Source: a virus
Lineage: Duplodnaviria > Heunggongvirae > Uroviricota > Caudoviricetes
Direction: 5' to 3' (one strand)
Virus record (IMG/VR): IMGVR_UViG_3300030019_000007
DNA length: 64,000 nucleotides
Of this stretch, positions 57,674-64,000 are shown one piece after another; position 1 is the first letter of the stretch, and every line of letters starts with the position of its first letter. Both the position numbers and the translations under genes were made by a program. Under the pieces are notes generated by a model that worked only from the letters and a program-made list of their open reading frames with translations, had not been told where the DNA came from and ran no database searches.

Positions 57674-59770
57674 ATGAAACTTTCAAAAAATGTTATCTGT
57701 TTTCAAAAAGGGTTTATCCAGTTTAATGATGCTGGAGTAGACAATCGTTCAGTTGCTATGACTGTACAAGCAGAGTTAATGCATTTTGGCTATATGCTAG
57801 ATGACGATGCATTTGTTATGCTTGGTAAAGCTGATAAGGCTGATATTGTTGATTTTCACAATCAAATCATTGATTACCTCAATGATATGACTGGTGGAGG
57901 TAAAACATACAGATCTTTTTATCCCGGTTTTCCCGCCCAAGTTATGGATATGAATGCCACACAAATGTGGTGGGATCAAATTCATAATTACCATACCTAT
58001 GGAAAATGGACTCCATCTGATTGGACAAAAGAGTTTCCAACTGCTTTTGAAACTGTAAAATATAAGGAAATTACCCCAGGAACTCCTGAGAAATTCTTAG
58101 GTATTTTCACAGATCTTTGTAGTGTGAGTCAATCATTAACACCAACTGATCTTGCCACCATCAAATGGTTTGTGAGTACTGATCAAAAGTTAGTTTTTCC
58201 ATCGAGCATTCCTTTTAAGGAAAATCTTTGTACCCTTGCTGGTATGGGACTTGATGTCCCTGTAAAAACTACCACTGATGTTCTTCGTATTGCTGTATTT
58301 ATGTCGGGAGGTGACATCTCATTACCTGCTGTCCCTAAAGCCATGAAAAAGCAAAGAACTACTGTTCGTTATCGCCGTACTATTGAGACTGTAAAGAATC
58401 CTGAGAGGGAAGCTTTTATGTTCAAGAAATTCAAGAGAAGCGAAAGAAAGCATATCCTTGGTCTTCTTGAGAAGACCAATTGCGATGTACGTGACATGAA
58501 ACTGAAAGTTCAGAGATGGCTTCGTTTGGGTGAAATTATTCACCCAGGGGAATACAAATCTGAGTTTCCTAGGGCATATGCAGCCTTTGAGAGGATCAGA
58601 AATCATAAAGTAACCTCTTGGTATGGCCAAGTAGAAGAAGCCTTTAAAATAGGCTTTGGAGAAGGTTTACGTAAGACTGCTGAACGTCCTGGTGAGTTTC
58701 TTAGGAGACTTGATTGGTGGGTGAGAACAGGTGGAAAAGCAAATCTACCTTTAATCTTAGCATCACTTTTTGATATTGCTGTAAAAGCCTCAAACAAAGT
58801 AATCTTCGAAGTGTTTACTCATTTTGAAGGAAGAAATGTTCCCTTGGTTAATCGCACAATATTCATTAAAGGCGCAAGGAAGAAAACTCCTTTACCAAAT
58901 TTAAGTGCATTGCCTGCTGATGTGATTGCTGCTATTCAGGATACTATGTTTTTAGCTTTAAAAGAAAAGATTAAACAACTTGAACCAATTGGTGATTGTT
59001 GGGTTGATCCGGATCTGAAAAGAATCCCTCTTCCAACTAATATGCGTAGTATGAGTGAAGCTATTGTTCCGGTAATTAGAGGTCAAAGAGTTCCTATAGG
59101 TGATGTAACTAAAACCTTAAGAGCTTTTGTCCATATTCCTAATAAATCACGTAGTGAAATGACTATTGACCTCTCTACAATCGTAGTTGGCAATGGTAAA
59201 ACTGTTACAGTAGATTGGCATAATTTAAGAGAGAGAACCGGAATGATTCTACATTCAGGAGATTCTTATGGTAGGGTTGGAAATGTGTCCGAATATATTG
59301 ACTTTGATCTCGTTAAATTGAGAGAAACTGGGTTTAAATGGGCATTGATCCAAGTAAACAACTATAGCAGTTCTCCGGAATTAGTCACAGGTACTATCTT
59401 TGGATTTTGTGAAGTTGAATTTCCTAACGCTAATGCTAAATGGCAACCTGAAACTATCATCCTCTCGATGAAGCCTAAGATTCCCCATAAAGTAAATCTT
59501 CTATTAATAGATTTAGTCAATCTTGACTATATCTTGCTCGACGAAGATGGTGAAGGAAATGGATCGAAACTTAACAATATCTCTTCGCAAGATATCGAGA
59601 AAGTCATTGCTCAGTATTCTGAGTTTCCAAAGTTATCGGTCTATGATCTCCTCCAATGGCATTGCGAAGCTAGAGGTAGATTGGTAAGTAAAGAGACTGC
59701 TAATAAACACTTCCTTTATGAGGATTTTAGTACAAGTTACATAGAAACTCTCAAATACATGGGAATCTAA
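57674..59770 (+). CDS. large protein of unknown function (698 aa) with GC-elevated codon usage
   Basis: Uninterrupted 2.1-kb ORF with no motif recognisable by eye. Flanked on both sides by GIY-YIG endonuclease genes, and the tRNA-like cluster lies downstream. Confidence 0.6.
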   Translation: MKLSKNVICFQKGFIQFNDAGVDNRSVAMTVQAELMHFGYMLDDDAFVMLGKADKADIVDFHNQIIDYLNDMTGGGKTYRSFYPGFPAQVMDMNATQMWWDQIHNYHTYGKWTPSDWTKEFPTAFETVKYKEITPGTPEKFLGIFTDLCSVSQSLTPTDLATIKWFVSTDQKLVFPSSIPFKENLCTLAGMGLDVPVKTTTDVLRIAVFMSGGDISLPAVPKAMKKQRTTVRYRRTIETVKNPEREAFMFKKFKRSERKHILGLLEKTNCDVRDMKLKVQRWLRLGEIIHPGEYKSEFPRAYAAFERIRNHKVTSWYGQVEEAFKIGFGEGLRKTAERPGEFLRRLDWWVRTGGKANLPLILASLFDIAVKASNKVIFEVFTHFEGRNVPLVNRTIFIKGARKKTPLPNLSALPADVIAAIQDTMFLALKEKIKQLEPIGDCWVDPDLKRIPLPTNMRSMSEAIVPVIRGQRVPIGDVTKTLRAFVHIPNKSRSEMTIDLSTIVVGNGKTVTVDWHNLRERTGMILHSGDSYGRVGNVSEYIDFDLVKLRETGFKWALIQVNNYSSSPELVTGTIFGFCEVEFPNANAKWQPETIILSMKPKIPHKVNLLLIDLVNLDYILLDEDGEGNGSKLNNISSQDIEKVIAQYSEFPKLSVYDLLQWHCEARGRLVSKETANKHFLYEDFSTSYIETLKYMGI

Positions 59771-59806
59771 TTGTAAATTTCTCGCATTTTTTGTATCTTT
59801 GTTTTA

Positions 59807-60433
59807 ATGAAAACATATGATATGAAAAATGTGGGAATTTATAAATTAATTAGTCCTTCTGGAAAAGTGTATATAGGACAAAGTAAAAATCTTAAAGTAA
59901 GATTTCAAAGGTACAAAAGATTACATTGTAAAGGACAAGTCCATTTATATCATGCCTTACAAAAGTATAGTTTTGACTCTTTTAAAGTAATTACTTTAGT
60001 TTCTTTTTCAGAATATTCTCCATTTATACAGACTATACTGGATAAATTAGAAATTCATTTTATTAAATTATTTAAAAGTAATTTAAATGGATATAATTTA
60101 CAAGGAGGAGGTAAAAATGGGAGTCATGCTAAAGAAACTATACAAAAAATGAAACATGCCCAAAAGGGAAGAATATTTTCAGAACTACATAAAAAACATA
60201 TTTCTGATAGTAAAATAGGTATAAAACATAATTTAACTATAGAAAAAATGTTACAAGTAAAAATTTTACGATCTAAACCAGTGAAGCAATACAGTTTAGA
60301 AATGCATTTCTTAAAGCAGTGGAATACTATTACTGAAGCTTGTCAATTTCTTGGAGTTAATGGAAGAAAAACAATAGCAGCTTGTGCTAGAAAAAATTGC
60401 CCAACAGTCTACGGTTTTATTTGGCAATATTAA
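59807..60433 (+). CDS. GIY-YIG homing endonuclease
   Basis: VGIYKLISPSGKVYIGQSKNLKVRFQRYK matches the GIY-YIG motif. Confidence 0.65.
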   Translation: MKTYDMKNVGIYKLISPSGKVYIGQSKNLKVRFQRYKRLHCKGQVHLYHALQKYSFDSFKVITLVSFSEYSPFIQTILDKLEIHFIKLFKSNLNGYNLQGGGKNGSHAKETIQKMKHAQKGRIFSELHKKHISDSKIGIKHNLTIEKMLQVKILRSKPVKQYSLEMHFLKQWNTITEACQFLGVNGRKTIAACARKNCPTVYGFIWQY

Positions 60434-60504
60434 AAATATACAGGCTGGAGAGATTGATATCTCTTCAGCTTACTTTGGGGGCCATGAGTTAGTTACTTCT
60501 AATT

Positions 60505-60581
60505 AGAGGTGTAGCTCAATTGTCAGAGCACCTTGGTGAAAGCCAAGGAGGTTGTGGGTCAAAGTCCCGCCTCCCCTGCCA
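60505..60581 (+). ncRNA. tRNA-like element 1 (74 nt plus encoded CCA), atypical anticodon hairpin
   Basis: D-arm GCTC-AATTGTCA-GAGC. Hairpin CCTTGG-TGAAAG-CCAAGG is a 6-bp stem with a 6-nt loop (GAA in anticodon position). T-arm-like GTGGG-TCAAAGT-CCCGC. Acceptor pairing AGAGGTG / CTCCCCT has two mismatches. 3' end is GCCA. Confidence 0.3.
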
Positions 60582-60615
60582 AAATTTACTTAGGCAATTT
60601 CCAATTAAATCAAAG

Positions 60616-60687
60616 TTCCCATTAACTCAGTTGGTAGAGTACTCCAAAGTAAGGGAGGAGTCACAGGTTCGAGCCCTGTATGGGTAC
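60616..60687 (+). tRNA. tRNA-like gene 2 (72 nt), canonical D and T arms but aberrant anticodon arm
   Basis: Acceptor TTCCCAT / ATGGGTA. D-arm ACTC-AGTTGGTA-GAGT. T-arm ACAGG-TTCGAGC-CCTGT. The 27-43 region CTCCAAAGTAAGGGAGG cannot form a 5-bp stem with a 7-nt loop. Confidence 0.45.
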
Positions 60688-60717
60688 CAGTATTTTACAA
60701 ACCAATAAAAATAAGTA

Positions 60718-60951
60718 ATGAGTAAATCAAGTAAAGCAGTCTCAAAATTAAAAAGATTGGCCGCTAAAAGAGCCAGAAGAGCCACAAATCGTGCTCATTA
60801 TCAGGAATTAGCTCGTACTGGGCAAAACAGTAAAAGTAAAAGAGCATTGAATGCCAATTCAAAACGCAAAAAAGTTAATGTTTTTGGTCATTCCGCAGAA
60901 CCTTGTGGTAATATAGGTTGTATGAAATGTAACCCAAGGGTTGCAGCATAA
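60718..60951 (+). CDS. small highly basic protein with C-terminal Cys cluster (77 aa)
   Basis: KRLAAKRARRATNRAHYQELARTGQNSKSKRALNANSKRKK...PCGNIGCMKCNP. Embedded between tRNA-like genes. Confidence 0.45.
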   Translation: MSKSSKAVSKLKRLAAKRARRATNRAHYQELARTGQNSKSKRALNANSKRKKVNVFGHSAEPCGNIGCMKCNPRVAA

Positions 60952-60976
60952 AATATTTATGTGAGAATAAAAAAAG

Positions 60977-61120
60977 ACTCTCTTAGCTCAGTGGGTTAGA
61001 GTAGTAGGTAGACCTACCATCGAAGATATGTTGATTGAAATCCCAAAGTACAAGGGACTAGACAGACAATAGATGCGGACCAGAAGTCCGTTGTCCCAGG
61101 TTCGAATCCTGGAGGGAGTC
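60977..61120 (+). ncRNA. tRNA-like RNA 3 (144 nt): canonical acceptor, D and T arms with an insertion of about 75 nt replacing the anticodon arm
   Basis: Acceptor ACTCTCT (60977-83) pairs with AGGGAGT (61113-19). D-arm GCTC-AGTGGGTTA-GAGT. T-arm CCAGG-TTCGAAT-CCTGG (61096-61112). Tight hairpin GTAGG-TAGA-CCTAC sits where the anticodon arm should be. Confidence 0.4.
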
Positions 61121-61195
61121 CTTAATCGGCCACATATAAGTTACTTCTAAAATTTCTATATTTAACTTACTTGTATAATTTCCGATTTTTAAATG

Positions 61196-61316
61196 AAGGT
61201 TGTCGTCTAACGGTCAGGATACGAGCTTGTTTCTCTATGACAATTTCATTCCATGCTACGTTTTAGATACTTCTACTATGGCGCTCGGGGTTTGGGTTCG
61301 ATTCCCAACAACCTTC
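61196..61316 (+). ncRNA. tRNA-like RNA 4 (121 nt): acceptor and T arm canonical, anticodon-stem-like helix enclosing an insert of about 57 nt
   Basis: Acceptor AAGGTTG / CAACCTT. T-arm TTGGG-TTCGATT-CCCAA (61292-61308). Helix CGAGC...GCTCG encloses nested hairpins. Short D region with GG. Confidence 0.4.
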
Positions 61317-61356
61317 CTATTAGACAAAACAGTCTAATTAATTAACATTTTTCAAC

Positions 61357-61806
61357 ATGGAAGTAAAAACTCCTTTAACAAAAGAACAAATAATCGACGC
61401 ATTATTTGCCCAGCTAGAATTAAAAAAAGCTGAAGTTGCCCTTGCAAACAAACCAGTATACATTACAGGTGGTTCATTTCGGTACAGTGAAGGTATATCT
61501 AATCAACTGGATATCACCACAGCTCGTGAAGAAAGAAAACTTATTGAAGTAGTTGGATTCTTGAAAGAGAGATCCAGATCATATGCTGAAGCTGCTGCAG
61601 AATTAGGTTGTGATGCCAAGTTTACTTGGTTAGGTTTCTCTCCGGAGGAATGGCAGGCTGATTGTCAGACGCGTATAAATGTTCTGCAAATTGCTAAGAA
61701 AAAATCAGAGTTGGCTGCTCTCGAAATCCGTGTTAACAAGGTCGTACCTCAAGACATCCGTGATGCTCGTGAACTTGCTGCTTTGCAGAGAGAACTTGGC
61801 GCCTAA
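61357..61806 (+). CDS. hypothetical protein (149 aa), GC-elevated codon usage
   Basis: ORF track. Noticeably GC-richer than the phage backbone. Followed by its own terminator. Confidence 0.5.
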   Translation: MEVKTPLTKEQIIDALFAQLELKKAEVALANKPVYITGGSFRYSEGISNQLDITTAREERKLIEVVGFLKERSRSYAEAAAELGCDAKFTWLGFSPEEWQADCQTRINVLQIAKKKSELAALEIRVNKVVPQDIRDARELAALQRELGA

Positions 61807-61813
61807 AACTTTT

Positions 61814-61846
61814 AACTGCTGGTCGAAAGATCAGCAGTTTCTTTTG
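61814..61846 (+). terminator. rho-independent terminator after 61357..61806
   Basis: AACTGCTG-GTCGAAAGAT-CAGCAGTT followed by TCTTTTG. Confidence 0.55.
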
Positions 61847-61870
61847 AATTTTACAAACAAAATATATTAA

Positions 61871-62113
61871 ATGAAAAATTATTTATTTATTGCATCTTTA
61901 GTTATTATTTTGATAGCTAATATCTTTTTAGCTAAAGCTTATAATGAGCATTATGATGCTAAATTAAATGAATTAGGTGCTTTACAAAGACGTGCTGGTA
62001 TGTTAGAGTATAAACGTCAAGTTGTACTAGAACGTATGCGCACAGGAGATACTATTATAAGTATAGCAAGAATTGATACAGGTTATGTAAATAATTCTTA
62101 CTACTTAAAATAA
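61871..62113 (+). CDS. small membrane protein (80 aa)
   Basis: N-terminal TM helix. Confidence 0.4.
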   Translation: MKNYLFIASLVIILIANIFLAKAYNEHYDAKLNELGALQRRAGMLEYKRQVVLERMRTGDTIISIARIDTGYVNNSYYLK

Positions 62114-62520
62114 CTTTACAAGTAATACTCTACTTGATTACGCTCACCTGAAGTTTATTCTATTGCATTCGTACTATGCTGTCCGATATCGAGATAGTAC
62201 AAACTTAATGGCCCTAAAATGCGAGTATACATTCTATGGTCATTATTATAAAACGGAGATAGCACTTGGGTGCATTTGAGTACACACCTCAGAAGGTAAG
62301 GTTCAAATCCTCGATCCCCGACTATATTGATTTAGAATATGAATCATTTTCTAAATGCATCGCTAAAACTTTACAATCATAAAGTTCTTTCTCAAGTTCT
62401 TTGATTTTTTCAAGGAGTTGTTCATTTTCTTCTACTAAAAGAAGAATCTTCTGGAATAAGTTAGTTTGCTTGTTCATACGTAAATTTTAAAAATAAACAA
62501 AGATACAAAATTAAATTAAC

Positions 62521-62829
62521 ATGGGATTTTTATTTATTATCGTTGTAATGATTGTACTTACAGCAGTATTTGAGATTTCTACTTTTACTAGTGTATTTGG
62601 ATGGGTAAGGCCTTTACCTCCAATATTAAACACACAAGATTACACAGAGGATCCTTTAATTAAAGGGATGCTTACTCTTAAAGATAAAGATGTTGAAGGA
62701 TTTATATCCTGTGCAGCTTCTACAAATCTATTTAGATGGCATTGGTATTTGACTCCTGAAAATAAAGGGGTTATATTTCGTTGGAGTAAACAATCAAGAG
62801 AATTAGACAAACTTTACAAAAATTTATAA
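62521..62829 (+). CDS. small membrane protein (102 aa)
   Basis: N-terminal TM helix. Confidence 0.4.
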   Translation: MGFLFIIVVMIVLTAVFEISTFTSVFGWVRPLPPILNTQDYTEDPLIKGMLTLKDKDVEGFISCAASTNLFRWHWYLTPENKGVIFRWSKQSRELDKLYKNL

Positions 62830-62830
62830 A

Positions 62831-63043
62831 ATGAAAATCAGATACATTTATTTCTGGGTATTCCTTGCAGTAGTAATACTCTGCTTTGGATTTGCATTTC
62901 CTTACCTATTCTCGTCAAATACTGACTTAGGACTTATTGCCGGATATGTGCTTTTAGCCATGTTTATCTGGTATGTGATCTGGAATGTTACTATGATAAT
63001 CGGATGGATTGTCAGATGGCTTAATTACATTAATTCAAAATAG
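62831..63043 (+). CDS. small two-TM membrane protein (70 aa)
   Basis: Two hydrophobic helices. 1-nt gap after the upstream ORF. Confidence 0.4.
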   Translation: MKIRYIYFWVFLAVVILCFGFAFPYLFSSNTDLGLIAGYVLLAMFIWYVIWNVTMIIGWIVRWLNYINSK

Positions 63044-63079
63044 TTTCAATTATTAATTTTTATTAACAAATCAAGTTTT

Positions 63080-63943
63080 ATGAGATCATCATTTAAAATG
63101 TTTGCATTATTAGCCATGATGGTTATTGCTCTATCGAGCTGTGATAAAGTGCCTTACGGGCACGTAGGTGTTAAGGTATTTTTGCTTGGAGGTTCAAAGG
63201 GTGTTGACAGCCAGGTATTGCCAGTCGGAAGATACTGGATTGGTATCAATGAGGAATTGTACTTGTTTCCAACGTATCAGATTAACTATGTGTATACCGC
63301 AGATGCTACCGAAGGTTCCCCGACAAATGAACAATTTACATTTCAGACGAAAGAAGGAATGGAATGTTCTATGGATTTAGGTATTTCTATGCATTTTGAA
63401 AGCGATAAAATAAGTCAGATGTTTGCACAATATCATAAAGGTGAATCGGAAATACGAGATGTAGTTGTACGAAAATCTTTAAGAAATGCCTTAAATAAAG
63501 TAGCCGGTGCCATGCCAATTGAATCAATATATGGTGAAGGAAAAGGTCAGATGATTGATACAGTTCAAACTATTATAACAAAAGAATTGGCCGTAAATGG
63601 TATTATGATTGATAAGATCGATTTAATCGGATCTGTTCGAATACCACAATCTGTAAAAGATGCCCTGGATGCAAAAGTAACTGCTACTCAATTAGCTCAA
63701 AAGGCTGAAAATGAAGTACAAACAGCTACTGCACAAGCACAAATAGCAGTTGCTCAGGCACAAGGAAGAAGTGAGTCAGTATTAATAGAAGCAGAGGCAC
63801 AAGCTAAAGCTAATATACTACTATCCAAATCTATAACTCCCGTACTTGTCAACTATAAAGCTATTGAAAAATGGGATGGTGCGTTGCCTAACGTATCAGG
63901 AAGTAATACCCCGTTCATTAATTTGAGTGGGGTAGGAAAATAA
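63080..63943 (+). CDS. SPFH/Band-7 (HflK/C-prohibitin-like) domain lipoprotein
   Basis: Lipobox ALSSC. SPFH-like core. C-terminal Ala/Gln/Glu-rich coiled coil AQAQIAVAQAQGRSE...EAEAQAKA, typical of the family. Confidence 0.55.
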   Translation: MRSSFKMFALLAMMVIALSSCDKVPYGHVGVKVFLLGGSKGVDSQVLPVGRYWIGINEELYLFPTYQINYVYTADATEGSPTNEQFTFQTKEGMECSMDLGISMHFESDKISQMFAQYHKGESEIRDVVVRKSLRNALNKVAGAMPIESIYGEGKGQMIDTVQTIITKELAVNGIMIDKIDLIGSVRIPQSVKDALDAKVTATQLAQKAENEVQTATAQAQIAVAQAQGRSESVLIEAEAQAKANILLSKSITPVLVNYKAIEKWDGALPNVSGSNTPFINLSGVGK

Positions 63944-63960
63944 AATACAATAAAAAGAAT

Positions 63961-63985
63961 AAAGGTATCCCTAAGGGATACCTTT
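63961..63985 (+). terminator. hairpin after the SPFH gene
   Basis: AAAGGTATCCC-TAA-GGGATACCTTT followed by TAAAAAG. The T-tract is weak. Confidence 0.4.
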
Positions 63986-64000
63986 TAAAAAGCTTCTGGG

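Noticed and set aside
57674-59770. Calling the 698-aa ORF a Ro60/Rsr (TROVE plus vWA) orthologue because of the neighbouring tRNA-like (Y-RNA-like) genes
   Set aside because: No MIDAS DxSGSM motif or other TROVE hallmark could be found by eye. Kept as a hypothesis to test, not as an annotation.
60520-60708. 62-aa ORF spanning tRNA-like elements 1 and 2
   Set aside because: It overlaps two RNA genes with recognisable D and T arms. The RNA reading is far more plausible.
62230-62320. Possible tRNA or fragment around GGTTCAAATCC at about 62285
   Set aside because: Only a 3-bp stem flanks the TTCAAAT loop, and no complementary acceptor strand was found. Too weak to annotate.
53409-63380. Other weak ORFs in the right-hand block (53409..53612, 57014..57196, 57797..57994, 58322..58630, 58603..58797, 61679..61870, 63168..63380)
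   Set aside because: They are antisense or overlapping with stronger ORFs and are likely spurious.
1-64000. Diversity-generating retroelement, reverse transcriptase, integrase, CRISPR array, rRNA
   Set aside because: No YxDD reverse-transcriptase box seen in any ORF, no tyrosine or serine recombinase motifs, no regularly spaced direct repeats, and no rRNA-like sequence. Template/variable repeat pairs cannot be excluded without a self-alignment.

Overview
This window is an AT-rich (roughly 30-33% GC by eye) stretch of a large tailed dsDNA phage genome. Three things point to a Bacteroidota host: a Fibrobacter-succinogenes-major-paralogous domain with the YGRLYNW motif, Bacteroidetes-type TTTG/TAnnTTTG promoter boxes, and lipobox signal peptides with no Shine-Dalgarno sequences. 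Positions 1-41053 are a single minus-strand morphogenesis block: putative small terminase, T4-like large terminase, tail fibre, GH108 lysozyme, putative portal, tail fibre with NKP repeats, acidic scaffold, putative major capsid protein with a strong terminator, tail proteins, then three consecutive giant ORFs of 1400 aa, 1783 aa and more than 1225 aa (partial). That order resembles the structural-plus-cargo arrangement of crAss-like (Crassvirales) phages. The block also carries a GroES-like co-chaperonin, a PD-(D/E)xK nuclease and a free-standing LAGLIDADG homing endonuclease. Positions 41154-64000 are a mainly plus-strand accessory block of small ORFs with at least four more homing-endonuclease families (two GIY-YIG, T5orf172, HNH-like, zinc-ribbon/Vsr-like). 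It also holds a holin/spanin-like minus-strand islet, an SPFH lipoprotein, several GC-elevated ORFs (47216-47725, 57674-59770, 61357-61806) and GC-elevated structured non-coding stretches. The most unusual element is a cluster of four tRNA-like genes at 60505-61316. None of them folds by eye into a canonical anticodon arm, and two are 121 nt and 144 nt long. No integrase, CRISPR array, rRNA or reverse transcriptase was seen.
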